Below are positions 1 through 13,300 of a stretch of DNA of 64,000 nt, piece by piece. The stretch comes from Anthoceros angustus (taxonomy: Eukaryota > Plantae > Anthocerotophyta): contig MU008161.1 of the NCBI GenBank assembly GCA_010909165.1, positions 1,860,001 through 1,924,000 on the forward strand, written 5' to 3'. The first letter of the stretch is position 1, and each line of letters begins with the position of its first letter. Below the pieces are notes generated by a model that was given only the letters and a program-made list of their open reading frames with translations, was not told the origin of the DNA and did no database searches. The position numbers and the translations under genes were made by a program.

Positions 1-23
1 TTGCTCACACACTCTGTATCCAG

Positions 24-2962
24 GTGCACGAATTTGTTAAATTAGGAGGTGAGCAGCTTGTTCGATACTACTCAGATATTCTAGGAGCCATCCTACCCTG
101 TATTTCAGACAAGGAGGAAAAGATACGAGCGGTAAGCTATTATAGCAAGCAAGATCATTGGAAAGCAGGGAATTATTCGTGTATACGGCAAAATCAATTC
201 ATGCATATTGCCACTACACGTCATGTCGACCAATACGCCCCAGTTCTAAGGCTTTCAGGGGATTGCAGGTTGCAAAAGAAACAAATGATGAACTTCGGGC
301 AATTAATGCTAATCCAGGGGATGGCTTTGACATGGCCTCCGTGCTGGCTGTTGCAAGGAGGTAACATGGTTCGTTTTGAAAGGCCAGTCCTTCAGTTTGT
401 TTTCTCTGTTTATGGCGTTTGTCATACCCATGTTCCCAGTCCAGATTCGTAGTCGCATATTATCAAAACATGTAGGTAAGTTTTGAGTCCCACAGAGACC
501 TTGGAAATTTACGTTTAACATGTACAGGGAGCTTGAAAGTGACTGGGAGTCAACAAGGCTTGAAGCACTGCGGTGGATTCATGTCCTGCTACAGAGAGAC
601 AGGACTGAGGTGAGAAAGCTTGGTGTGATACCCCTTATCTTCACTCAAATTTTGTAGCTGCCTCTGGTTGTGCAGCTGCCTCAAGTTTGGAAGCTTTTCT
701 CTTGTACATTCAGGTTCTATCCTTTCTTGATGATATATTTCCAGCACTATTCCGGTCACTGTCAGACACCTCAGATGAAGTAAGGCCACTATCATGTGCT
801 TGCAAATATCCTTGCGGCGTGTTGTTGCCATCTGCTAACATTTGAGGTCATGCAACACAGGTTGTTCTACTAGTGCTGGAGGTACAGGCCGGCATAGCAC
901 AGGACCCCCAGCACTTCCGCCATCTGATGGTCTTCTTGCTTCATAAATTCAACAATGAGCCAGCCTTGCTTGAAAAGTAGGTTTCTGTGCCTGCGCAGAT
1001 ATACTGGTCAGACAAGATCACATGACAAGTCGTTGCTGTGGGTTAAAGTTGCCTAGTTGTGTGACTCCCATATGGTGTGTGTAGACGAGGGATTCTGGCC
1101 ATCCGACGACTTTGTGTCCTTCTAGATGCAGAGAGAGTGTACAGAGAGGTTGCAACCATTCTAGAAGGAGAAGCAGATCTGGAATTCGCATCTGTGATGG
1201 TTCAGGTGCGAAAGTTATGCTTTTCTGCTGCTAATTTCATCAGAGGGTGAAGTTTTCGCCTTTGAGTTAGCATCTGTGCCCGCTGGTTGTGTTTGCTTGA
1301 AAAATTTCCGTCCTCTTTGGTGCATCAGGACACACTCATGTCAAAAGCAAGTCTGAGCCTGATTATGAAGTTCATTTTGGATTGGAGATGTGCTTGGAGT
1401 GTCCTAGTGACACACCACTCTGTCTTGTGAGTTGTTACTGGTGTGGTGGAACATCAGACTTGTAAAAATCTGGGGAGGATGGGGTATCGCTGGTGACGGG
1501 TTTGAGCCACGCGGCTAACTGGATATGTTATCCCACAGATTTGGTATCTGACATGGTAATAGGGAGCATGTCACATGTAAAAGAAATTGTAAAGGACCAC
1601 TCTGATGTTCATTGTGTGTCAGTCAAATGTGGGGAGAGTGTATGGGACTTTGGTAGTTTCTGGTTGGGTTATGTTTGGGTCATCTCAATTCTAAGATCCT
1701 TGGTGCCTTTCTGGGTTGTTTGCAGGCATTGAACTTGATCCTACTCACTGCCGTCGAGCTGGCAGATCTGCGCTCGTTGTTGAAACAGTCTCTCACAAAC
1801 TCAGATGGAAGGGATCTATTTGTTGCGCTGTATTCATCCTGGTGTCACTCTCCGATGGCTACTGTTAGTCTCTGCTTGCTTGCCCAGGTATTTATGACAC
1901 GTCACTGATATTGAAATTTTTGAAGGCTGTGCTTGGGGTTTCTGGATCTGACCTGTTTGTTTCTTGCAGGCTTATCAGCATGCCACGTCAGTTATCCAGT
2001 CTTTGGGTGAATCTGATATCAATGTCAATTTGCTGGTCCAAGTTGACAAGTTGGTTCGGCTTCTGGAAACTCCAATTTTTGCGTATCTGCGGTTGCAGGT
2101 ACGTTGTCGGTGTGTGTCCAAGTCTGTACTTGTACTCACTTCAGTTCTAGCTCTTCATAATCCCAGTTGGACCTGCTGTGGACGTGTTTGTGGTGAAGCT
2201 CTTAGAGCCTGCCCGGTATCCTGCGCTTCTGAAGACTTTATATGGACTTCTCATGCTGCTACCGCAGGTATTTGTAGATTCTCGTTTTGGAACTAATATT
2301 GTGTCTCTAGGCTAGGGTTATTTGATGTCGAAGTTCAGAACTGATCACTGACGTTATTTGAACCTGTGTCTTTTTGACGGAAACAGCAAAGTGCGGCTTT
2401 CAAGATTTTACGGACAAGGTTGAAAACGATTCCCCCTTATACTTTCACTCAAGCACCAGGGGCGTCCTCAAGTTCTGATTTCTCTGGACTGAATGCCATA
2501 AGGAGAACTGCTTCCGGGGGACCCTATGCTCAGATCCTATCGCAATTCCCTAGTGGTTCACAACCCAGTGACGATGGAGATAAAAATGCTGATTTGGGTA
2601 ATGGATCTAGTGGCATCAACTTTGTGCAGCGGTTGAAGCAATTCGAGCATATGCAGCACCAGCATCGGTTGCATCGGGATTCACAATCACAGACCAAGAA
2701 ACAGGCAAAGAAGCCTCCTCTGGCTCCAGTCCAGGTAAGCTCACACGCCTGTGACTGCACTTAGGGCTTGCTCTTGTTGCAAGGCCAGAGTCCTGTGGAT
2801 GTGCTATGGTCATTTCACATGCACAACTAGAGGCTTAACATTGGGTGTTGGATGCAGAATGGGCCAAAACCAGAGCAGTCAGAAGAGCACAAGCGAGGGA
2901 AAGGCAGCGCCGCTTCGGAAGCAAGTGTACGCTCTGCTTCAAGGTCTACCTGGCGGGGTTAA
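24..2962 (+). CDS. VAC14: VAC14 homolog (PIKfyve/FAB1 scaffold), multi-exon, 5' part outside window
   Basis: Spliced exons read VHEFVKLGGEQLVRYYSDILGAILPCISDKEEKIRA / VAKETNDELRAI / STRLEALRWI / ALNLILLTAVELADLR...SWCHSPMATVSLCLLAQ / AYQHA...VDKLVRLLETPIFAYLRLQ / LLEPARYP.LLKTLYGLLMLLPQ / QSAAFKILRTRL. Introns are GT-AG; stop is TAA at 2960-2962. Confidence 0.93.
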
Positions 2963-3356
2963 TCCAGGCTGTGCTCCTCACTTATCACCTGTAAACTATC
3001 ATTTCGGCAGTGACCTCTTCAGGAGATTCTTCTGGTCGGAACCGGAAGTATTTCACTTAAGCACTTACATGACAGGTTCTTCATTGAAGTGGTCAAGGAG
3101 TCGACCAGTGCATAGGCAACAGTACATGGTGTGTGCTATTGCGTTCTCCTAGTTCTGCAGAAATTCAGCAGTAAGAAGAGAAACAGCTCTACGTGAGGTT
3201 TGGTTTATGGGTAACCTGGCGAGGAGTGTCTCGATTTCTAAAATGTACTTTGCTTTGGACCGTCGTTTTCTATCACCGGCGGGCATATATATGGTTACGT
3301 TACACTTGTATTCCGTTTGTGTCTCATTTGCTCTTGCCGCGATCGCTCCCTTCGGA

Positions 3357-5836
3357 ATGGCCAATTCGGCTCATCCTGGCTGGGCCGAAAGTGGCGAACT
3401 TTGGAGGATAGCGTGCACTCTGTTGGTGTCCTTGCCTCTGCTGGTGTCGGTCTCAACCGAGCCACTCATCACTTCCGCTCCCGAAGAAGTGGCCTACCCC
3501 GATGCTTTCTCCACTCGGTGTGAGCCTGAAGAGGTTTCATCCAAGGGAGCCCCCTTTGATGTGGATGTCCACCGGCTACAGCGCCAGGTCGTACTTGCCC
3601 TCTCCCGATTCTTGAGTTTGCGCCAGAATGTGCAGAGAACGGGAGCTCATGGTGCTCCCAATTGCACATGCTGGCAGATAGACGAACTGGCTTTGCTCTC
3701 CGAATCGCCCCACCCCTCTGTAACTCGTGTTCTCTACACAGACCAGGATGTGGCCGCTCGCAGGTAGCAAAAGCTCCCAATCAGCTGTAGCAGATGGAGC
3801 TGCAAATCGCTAGAATCAAGGAACTACAATATCTGTGCTTCTGGGATTGTTTTCAGCTACGTGAAGGAGTTGATGTTGTCCGTTGGACTGTCAGTGCGAG
3901 AGGATGCAATTGGCAACATTTTCGGGCGCTGGTAGGCTTCTCATCGTTGTCTGTGTTAGTCGAATTTAAGCATGGATTCTCTATCCGCTTTTGACAGCGT
4001 TGTTGCAGGCATGGAACGGAGGCAAATTTGAAGCCAGTGGCAACTGGCTCACATATAGACGCGATTCCGTACGCGGGAAAGTATGACGGCGTTGTTGGTG
4101 TGTTGGGTGGTATTGAAGCAATTCGCACACTCAAAAGGTTTGCGCCTTGGTTTGGAGCTCTGTGCTCTTTCAGCGCCCGAGGGATGTTAACTGGCCTTTT
4201 GTGGTGTCTCTTGCAGAGCGGGATTTCAACCCAAAAGATCGGTGGAGGTGATCATGTTTACTTCTGAAGAGCCTACACGGTTTGGCTTAGGTTGCATCGG
4301 AAGGTACCGTACGACGTACTGAAGAATCATACACATTGTCTGGCGTTTGCAGTGAAAGGAGTAGCTTTTAAACTTGTCTTGCGTTTGGATCAATATCCGC
4401 AGTCGGGCACTTGCAGGAAGTGAAGGCATTGTAGAGATTCTCAAAGGGGCAGTTGATGCAAAAAATATTTCTTTCGCCGATGCTGCAAGGCACGCAGGCT
4501 ACTTGAAAACGGACGCAGATCTTGAGCGTGTTACTCTTTCCACTAGTCACTATCAGGCTTTTGTGGAGCTTCACATCGAGCAGGGACCCATCCTGGAACA
4601 GGAAGGCAAGAATCATAGTGTCACCTTTACCCCAGTAAAAGCTATCTCGAAAGCAATTAGCACTGAAGATAGGCAGTGGGAATTTAGCAAATCGGTGTTT
4701 CCTACATGATAATCTCTTCTTTGATTTGTGGCAGGCCGATCCATTGGGATAGTAACAGCGATCGCAGCCCCAGCAACTCTGAAAGTGAGCTTCAAAGGAG
4801 GAGGTGGCCATGCAGGGGCTGTCCTGATGCCATTGAGGTCAGATATGCGGTGCAAGATTGTGCAGGGCAAGCTTCCTTCGTTTTTCTGTTGTACATCGTT
4901 TGCAGAATCAGGTTCACCTTGCTGCTACCTCCATCAGGAATGATGCGGGCCTTGCAGCTGCTGAGCTAATGTTGGCAGTGGAAAAACACGTTCTGGCTTC
5001 GGGATCCATTGACACTGTCGGCACCACAGGTCATTTTGATAGCATGTGGTGCAGGAAGGCTGAGCTTGGCTGAAGCTCTACCCTGCTTGATATCTTGCTG
5101 GTGTGACAGGGGTGCTGGAGATTCATCCAGGAGCAGTGAACAGTATTCCTAGGGAAGCCCACCTGATGATAGGTCAGAAAGAAGTTGGGACAATGTTGGC
5201 CAACCACTGCTTGTAAAGCATGTCAAATGCCTTGGCAGTGCTGACAGGAGCTGAGATTGGTTTGCAGACGTTCGAGATATTGACTTGGAGAGGCGAGATA
5301 AACTTGTGGAAAAGATTCTGTCATCAGCACAGCACATAGCATCTCAACGGCATGTGGAGCTCTCAAACTTTGAGAGTGTCAATCAGGATCCACCGGCTGT
5401 GAGTTCCGACAAAGTAATCCAAGCAGCGCTCATGGGAGTGGAGCAACTTTCTCTAACGCACAAGTTGATGATTAGCAGGGCTTATCACGACGCTCTTTTC
5501 ATGGCCAGGTTTTTTCCTTACTGTTTTAAGCAGCTGAGAGGAGCTGTTGCATGCTGTATAGCTGCCTGGCAGCACAATCCTCAAACTCACTCCTCGTCGG
5601 TGCACCTGCAGGATAGCACCAATGGGTATGATCTTCATTCCGTGTCACAAAGGTTCGTTGGCACATGAAATGCTCCCATGCTCCTTCAATATGTTTCAGT
5701 CACGTTGACCAGGTTCTCGCCTGTTGCCAATGCAGGTTACAGTCACAGACCAGATGAGTACGCTTCTAAAGAGGACATCGGTAAAGGGGTGCAGGTTCTC
5801 TCTTTCGTCCTTGCGAGGCTCTCTGTAGTTGACTAG
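3357..5836 (+). CDS. UAH: Ureidoglycolate amidohydrolase (peptidase M20/allantoate amidohydrolase family), multi-exon
   Basis: Exons give IDEL..LSESPHPSVTRVLYTDQDVAARR, VATGSHIDAIPYAGKYDGVVGVLG, FTSEEPTRFG, VELHIEQGPILE, GGHAGAVLMP, ISRAYHDALFMAR, IFIPCHKGYSHRPDEY. These are colinear with plant UAH as I recall it; stop is TAG at 5834-5836. Confidence 0.93.
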
Positions 5837-6372
5837 CGAGCTGCAGTTTGCACCTAGCGCTGCGGAAGTTTCTGGACCCTTCCAGGATTAGAGTTGCGCA
5901 TTTGACTCGTTTAGAGTAGTCTGTCTTACGTCAACCGGGCAACATGGATTGTAGTTCTCGACTTGAAACAGCCCTTCCATCCTGCTTTGTTGAGATGTTC
6001 CCAGACGAAACAAGACTGTGAAAGAGAAGGTGACGAGCCGACCAATTCAGTTCATATTTTTCAAAATAATCCATTACATTGCATATCCTTATATTTGTGA
6101 TGCAATAAGCGGGGCGCGACCCAGGAAAAACTCGAAACCGCTTCCAAAATACTATGGGACGCTGGCTACCGTTGGCGGACTGCCAGAGCTGGCTATGTAG
6201 CGGGGGCATGCCACTCGCCGTGACCGCATGGCCGTAGCTGCCCATGCCCTCCCCTATTTCCATGCACATCAAATGTACATCATGTAACCATGCCCTAAGA
6301 TGTACCGGCCGCGGGACTAAGAAGTCCCGTGGGACGGTGCCATAATGCTTTCTATGTGCTGTAATTTGACAG

Positions 6373-6751
6373 GGCTTCTCAAGATGAGAGTTATGAAGAA
6401 TCCCCAAGTACAAACAAATGCAGACAATCCAATGATGCTGTTCAAGGTAAACGAGTGAAGCCAAGACGGTCTTCCACTGGTCTTGGCAAAGACCTTTTGT
6501 CTGGACTTGCCTCTTTTGCTCAATGTCTTCAAGCTATAGAGGTTGCCAAGATGACTCATGAGTTGGAGATTCATAAGGTCATGTTAGAGCACGAAATGCA
6601 TAGAGAGCAGCTCCAAATGGAAAACAATTTGAAGATTGTAGAAGCTCTTGCTGGACGGTCTCCTAAGAAGGCAAATGCTGGCTGTAGCCACATAGAGCCT
6701 TCATATGGAATATGTTTTTGGTGTTTTCCCAAACCGGACTTGGCATGCTGA
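6373..6751 (+). pseudogene. C-terminal coiled-coil remnant of a Harbinger-associated Myb/SANT (trihelix-like) protein
   Basis: After a ttgacag acceptor the frame reads ...LASFAQCLQAIEVAKMTHELEIHKVMLEHEMHREQLQMENNLKIVEAL. It converges on a Harbinger transposase. No DNA-binding domain was recognised, so the call rests on context. Confidence 0.45.
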
Positions 6752-6871
6752 TCTTTGCTTGCATGATTTTGGGCAATTGCATGCTTACATTATTATTTCA
6801 ATATGGAGAGTCTGATCTGTAGGTCGGAGTTGCATCCGTGCTTGAAAACATCACTACTACCGGACAACACA

Positions 6872-7010
6872 AGCACCGGACTTGCCACCGGATGGAGTCT
6901 AGTATTTGTGAGCACCGAACTCGGAGTGCACCGGATGTCCGTGCCCATGGAGTCATGTGCTTGTGAGCACCGGACTCAGAATTCACCAGATGTCGGTGCT
7001 CATGGAGTCT
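6872..7010. repeat. Three degenerate units of about 30-48 bp, GAGCACCGGA...ATGGAGTC, with an internal inverted repeat
   Basis: aagcaccgga...atggagtct, gagcaccgaa...atggagtca, gagcaccgga...tcggtgctcatggagtct. Confidence 0.75.
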
Positions 7011-7164
7011 GTATGATAATGAGTAAAATCTTGATAAGTATAATAAGTGAAAAATAATAATTTTATTCATAATTTAAGGTAATAAAAAATATACTTATGC
7101 TATCATATTCATGTAAACATAATAGGCAATCTAAAGTTTCTATTCTCCGATTTGTGAACTCCTC

Positions 7165-8050
7165 CTACTCCGCGACCATTTGAGAACTCCTCTTCCAAGC
7201 TTCAAATAATGCTTCTCGTCTAGCCTTTGCCTCGTTGTACAATATTCTTTTAGACACTTCATGCCACATATTGATATGCCCCTCATTGTGTAATGGGTAC
7301 ATGTCTACATCTATGTCCATAGGTTGGGGCTCATTTACCATAATGCAATAATTATGCAAAGCACAACAAGCCATGACCACCTGGGATGCATATTTCAACT
7401 TGACATTCAAGTTCTTCAAAATTCTCCATTTGTTCTTCAACAAGGCGAACGCATTTTCTATCTTCGACCCCTACGATGCTCTTGCTGAATCTTGCTTTCT
7501 CATCTTGCCCACTTGTTGCAGCATATGGCTTCAACAAAAAAGGCATAAGAGGATGTGCACTATCTCCAACAATGTATGGAGTAATAGCATGGCCTTGTAC
7601 TTGCATTGTAGGCTCACTCAAAATGTGGCCTTCCATCATTCTCTTCCAAAGACTGCTCTCCTTCAAAATGGTTGCATCATGAACTCCCCTTGGATGGGTG
7701 TTGTCGCACGAGGTAAGCACTTGAATTCATATAAGCATTTCCTCGACAAACAACCAAGCAAAACAAATCTAATACGCAGATATATAGGTGCAAACCAATA
7801 ACAAGGGAGTGGAGTGGTGGACACAAACACACTCTCCCCACGAACAACGCAAATTTCACACACATCACTCGAGTCATAGCTTGGCCTACAACACCCTTGC
7901 ATTGCATATCAAGAGAACAAGCTATGATCCGAGCTTGTCCTCAATGGAAGGGTCTATACTATCTGTATGGCATTGGCATATTCCTAAGATATCATATTGG
8001 CGATCAGAAGATACGTCCTGAATCCCTATAATGCACGAGGAATATGCAAA
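7165..8050 (-). mobile_element. PIF/Harbinger transposase pseudogene (DDE_Tnp_4 type)
   Basis: PRGVHDATILKESSL, IVGDSAHPLMPFLLKPY, LKNKWRILKNL, VVMACCALHNYCI; frameshifted. Confidence 0.88.
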
Positions 8051-8300
8051 ACATGTTATTCTGAGCTTATCCACTTAGCTAATGCTAACCATGTTTAATT
8101 TATACTAATCAATACTCAATTAATATAAGCACCTTAGATTAATTAGCACTAATTACTTACTTCAAGATAAGTAATCAGATTAATTAATGCTAATCAAACA
8201 CTAAACCCAAGTGCGTAGATTAGTATCACACGGCATGACAGTAAGCGGCTTGAATTCATATAAGCACTTATACAAACAACGCAAAACAAATCTAATACAT
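7716..8300 (+). repeat. Direct repeat of about 85 bp (7716-7800 and about 8222-8300)
   Basis: cttgaattcatataagca...gcaaaacaaatctaatac...atatataggtgcaaaccaat occurs twice. Confidence 0.8.
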
Positions 8301-8367
8301 ATATAGGTGCAAACCAATCCCCTCGATAATGTGAGACTCCAAGTCTCAAACATTATCATTAGTAGGA

Positions 8368-8919
8368 CTACATACATACTCGCACAAAACCAGTCATCTT
8401 CATGTCGCCAAGAGGTGGTTGAACACAAAACATGTGGTATCCCGTATTGCAACTGATCACAAGAAGCATCACATCATCATTCACCGACGTCCACAAACAC
8501 ATTCCAAGTCTTTGGGTGGGCCATGTAGGCCGAAAATGAGGGTCCAAATTGGATAAGTGGCGTGGTGCACCTTGAGGTGATCCTTCCATCTTCGGCCATC
8601 AATCCTTCAATTCAAGCACTCCATCTTTGCCTACTTGACCCGCAAGATGACTACCTGTGGATACCTCCAAGGTGTTGCCTCCCGGCGTAGACATAATCTC
8701 CAACTTGAACTTGCAGCGCTTTGGGTTTCCATGTCCTCCTCTTGTGTAAGCATAGCGCAGCTTGATCCCTGTGCGCTTATGGCAAGATTCTCCATTGCCA
8801 TGGGTATGATCCGCTTGAAAAGCTATGCCCGCTTTCCGAGTCTCGTAGGTCGTCCAATTGCGCCAATCCACCTGTGTTCTAGTGCTTGCCTCGCTTTGCA
8901 GTTGTCGCCCATACAACAA
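8368..8919 (-). pseudogene. Possible MULE/FAR1-like transposase N-terminal remnant
   Basis: LRYAYTRGGHGNPKRCKFKLEI...TGSH loosely resembles a WRKY/GCM1-type zinc finger of Mutator transposases; no catalytic core seen. Confidence 0.3.
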
Positions 8920-9260
8920 GTAGTATGGTGAAAAATTGCCAAGGCTGATTCTTTGTGGACTACGGACGCCTGGGGTTAGAAATTAGGTAGGGGTTTGTTT
9001 TTTAGGGTAAAGGATAAAATGAGGCGGAAAAGGAAATAAGCATGGGTAGCACTCGGACGGCACTGGAGTATACTCGGACTCGGGTGAGGGCGTGCAGGAC
9101 CTACTATGGTAGGCACGGTAGCAGGATAAGTCGGTCCAAATAAAAAATTAAATATATCTATGAAGTTAAAACTAATAGCCCTAAAAATATCGGTCAAAAT
9201 GGGCATAATTTCAATTGTTAAGAAATCAACGTAATGCAAAACACCACTTAGAGACGGCCG

Positions 9261-9261
9261 N
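9261..9261. other. Ambiguous base N (possible scaffold join)
   Basis: Single n in the sequence. Confidence 0.9.
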
Positions 9262-10199
9262 TCATCCTCGGTTCATCGCTAGTGGTCTTCTCGAAAGCTT
9301 TGGAAGAGAATCCATCATTGCTTATCCACCCTCTTGTCCATAGGTCCAATGTTAAAACCTGGGGCACATCCATGACGAGAAGTGTTGGCCAAGCTCCACG
9401 TGGGGAGGGGCGTGCCGGAAAAGAGGTAGGAATGGCCGCGAAGGCCGAGGCGGAACCGGAAGGCGAATCGCCCAAGCACGACCGGGTTTTCCCGATCCTC
9501 TTTCCAACCGCCGCCACTGTGTGTTCATTCCATGAGAGGGGTCCGTGTGGCCCAAGGAGGGGTCTGTGGCCCGTGAGGCGAGGGAGAGTTCATTGGAAGG
9601 GGAAAGGTTCCGGGGTAGATGAGTGCTACCGGGAGGAGAGAGTGTGAGGGAAAATCGAATGTAAGAGGAGTGGAAGCGTGGTGGATCGCAGAAATTCCTG
9701 TAAGTGAGGCGATATAGGTCCGTGTGCCCATAGCCCCTAGGTCCGTGTTAGAGAAGACGATAGACTCGCGAAAAGGCGGTGGGGGACTCACATTGAACCA
9801 CCGCGGTGGCCGAGTCTACCACTTGGTGGGTTTGGGCAGGTAGTGGAGAAGGTGGGGTAGTGAGCGACGGTAGGTCTAGAATCCATAGATTTAGCACACC
9901 TTGACACAACACCATTCCCTTGGGATCGAATCCTAGGACTATAACGACATAGAGGGTAAATGTGGCCTCTGCCTTCGGATGCAAAACCCATTCCACAATA
10001 TACCAAGTAGCTTAGCCCACATCCGAACCGAATAGATTCACCGCCTCGACCACTTAATACGATAAACACGGCCATCCGTATTGAAGCAAATTGGCGCCTT
10101 GTAGCCGGTGAAGCCATGGCTCGGCCGCAGCTAGGCCACAACGCAAGAATGTGCCACCGGCCGCAGCCTTCGTCCGTAATGCGAGCATACCAAATTAGG

Positions 10200-10360
10200 T
10201 GTGTGAAAGTGGTTTCGCTTACATGATCCAACAGTTACGCACACCGATCCCATGCAGAACACTCATGTTGAGGCATTCTTAATGCCTCCTCACACTCAAT
10301 CAAATCACTCAAAAAGTCTTCTCAATTTTTCATCTCCAGGCCCTCCATGTTTTAATCACA
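10200..10360 (+). repeat. 5' LTR of Copia A
   Basis: tgtgtgaaagtggtttc...catgttttaatcaca, repeated at 14759-14942 and followed by the PBS. Confidence 0.9.
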
Positions 10361-13300
10361 TGGTATCGAGCATGAAAATCAAACATACTTAGACTCATGA
10401 TGGAGAGCAAACTCTCTCGATTGAGACTATCCAACATGGATAGATTTCTCGATGCATGCATTGTCATGAAAATATCGTAGAAGAAAATTCCTTCTAACTT
10501 TAATAAAACCAGAAACGATCCTTGTAGACATGTCACACCTCCAGCCTGTACAGATAAAAGAGATACAGAAATTAGTCTTATGCACCAAAAGACTACACAC
10601 AGATTAATCGGTGCACTCAATAAGCTATGCCCAAACTAGAAATCACGAACATAAAACCCAACTTACTTCACTTTCCACTTATATGGATTGCATTTGCAGA
10701 ATGCAGGGTGACATCTACAGAATCCTAGACAAGATACAATCACAACTAGAAGTGATGAGTAAAAATCATTAATTTCACATATTAGTAAGCACAAGAAAAG
10801 CACAATGGCAAACTCCTCTACTAACCGGGCCTATCAGATTGATAAATTGACTAGCGTTAATTATCACTCTTGGGCTCCCCGTATTGAGATGCTTACGCTA
10901 AGAAGTTCTAGACGATGGTTGATGGCAAGTTAAACCTCCCGACCGACTTACACCTTGGTTGGTCAAGGATGCTCCGGATCGACATCTTGTCGCATGTTTC
11001 GATAGGTTAATACCTATCATCAAGAGACTACCTAGAAAAGCTATGTGGGACAAACTCAAACCACATATCATGAGGGGAGCAAGGCTTTTAGACTCTATGC
11101 TCAAGAACAATTGCAATCAAACAAGCTCATAGAAGGCAATTCTGTCCTAGATTTCCTGGAAAGTTGGCAAGCTACTCTAGATGCAGTTATCTCATCTGGA
11201 TTAACCTTGGATGATGAGACACAGGTTATGCATCTCCTGAGAGCATTACCACAGTCATGGAGTCCTTTTATAACAAAGACAATCAAACAGTAACAAAGCA
11301 ATCCTTTAACCCTTGAGATTCTTATTCCTAGAATTATGCATGAAGCTAGGTTACGCCAATCCCACCAACCCGCAAGTACTCCAATGAGTACGCCCGCCTA
11401 TTTGTTGGTGGCAGTTGGAATAACAAAGAAATCTTCTTCCTTGGAGGATCCCAACGGATCTCTCCTCCCAACAATCCTGCACATAGGAATAAGATATGTC
11501 ATTACTGTCAAAAACCAGGGCACATAGCACCTGATTGCAGGAAGAAGAAACGAGATAGAGCAGCAGGGTTTAAAAACCCTACTCCTTCTACTGCCTCTGT
11601 TAATACTGTACAAGCTACAGGTCAAGGCCCTTCTTAGGTATTCTCAACTCAGTCACAAATGCTGAACTACCAGTCTACCCAAGATTCATGGCTCCTAGAC
11701 AGCGGAGCCACGGAGCACATGACACCGAGGAGAGCCTGGTTCTTTACATATGAGGCCTTCTGCTCCACAAAGCTATATGGGAGATAGCTCTCCCACAAGG
11801 TAAGGAGTGGAGTAAATTATGCACTAACCATTGTCTTCATCAAAGACGTCCTGCATGTGCCTGCCTTGACTCACAATCTACTGTCAGTCACACAAGCCAC
11901 AAGACAACCCACTACCACAATACAGTTCACTCATAAAGGTTGTCTGATTACGTTCAGACATGCTACAGAGACAGCTTGTCAAGCTTTTCTATCCTCATAG
12001 TGGTAAATTATTTTATGTGGCTACAGGCATCTTGCCTCAAACCCTGAGCACAGCCACAACCACACACAGTTTAGTAGCTTCTAATACAGACACCACAACC
12101 ACACTTTGGCACTTGCGTTTAGCACACTTACACCTTCAGGGCATGCAACGAATGAACGCCAAAAATCTCGTTTTAGGGTTACCTGCTAAGCTGGGCACTT
12201 TATCACTCTGCCATGGCTGTGCAATTGGCAAACACACCAGCCAGCCTTATCCTCGATCTCTTACTAAGACAACCAGAGTACTTGAAGTAGTCCATGCAGA
12301 TTTATGCGGCCCCATGCAGACAGCCACCTTGACAGGAAAATTATACATGTTTGTGTTGCTGGATGACTTGACCAGGACACACCTATACTTCGAAAGTCGA
12401 GCGTTTCCAAGCTTTCAAGCCTTTCAAGCCTATGCCGAAAATCACACAGGGCAGAAGATTAAGATCTTCCGCACTGACAACGCAGGGGAACTCACCGCGC
12501 CACAATATGAGGGCCATCTCTTGTTACACGAAATTCAACACCAGAAGATTGTTCCGTATTCACATCCCCAACTTGGCAAGGCCGAACGCCGAAATCGATC
12601 CCTCATGGACGGGGTGCGGAGTTCTCTCATACTGCTTCACTCCCAAATTACTTAGGCGAGCCGCGGTGCTATGTTCAATCGTGGGACTTCTACAATTGAA
12701 GACAAAACGCCTTTTGAGATCTGGACAGGGAAGAAACCGGATGTAAGCCACTTACGTATCTTTGGATGTACCGCTTATAAGTATGTCCCACCAGAAATTT
12801 GTAAGAAGCTGGATCCCCGCTCCATCAAACTCACCTTTGTGGGCTATGGCGAAGATTCAGGAGTGAAGGGTTATCGCCTCTTCGATCGCCATACTCGTAC
12901 TTTCACCCTAGCCCGTAATGTCATCTTTGATGAAGCTCCACTTCTTGGGCTTCTTTCTTCCGCTTTTCCACCAACCGACACCGAGGTTTCTAATCCCTTC
13001 CCACTGTCACCACCTTTGAGGACGATGAGATCCCACCTCCATCCATCCATCACGCTTCCCCACCCGTCATCCCACCCGCCTCCTCCGGCTGGGGACCCTC
13101 GCCTCCTCTCCCGGCTCGCCTCCGCCACGTAAATATGTCTAGTCCAGACAACATGTGGTGAGCAAGATCAACTAACAACCGCAGCAGTTGAGAATTCAGC
13201 GATCAACAAGATCCACCAAAGGCGCACTGTAAAGTTTCATGACCTTGATTTTAATAAGTCTCACGCTCTTTATAGTGCGATATTGTTCCAATCGAGAGGC

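Noticed and set aside
1207-1725. Unusually long VAC14 intron as a possible snoRNA host
   Set aside because: No convincing C/D or H/ACA box arrangement was seen.
5931-6464. 177-aa ORF downstream of UAH
   Set aside because: No recognisable domain; it overlaps the UAH 3' region and the transposon edge.
9262-10199. Several 70-150 aa ORFs after the N
   Set aside because: No motif could be assigned; probably part of an unidentified repeat, and continuity across the N is uncertain.
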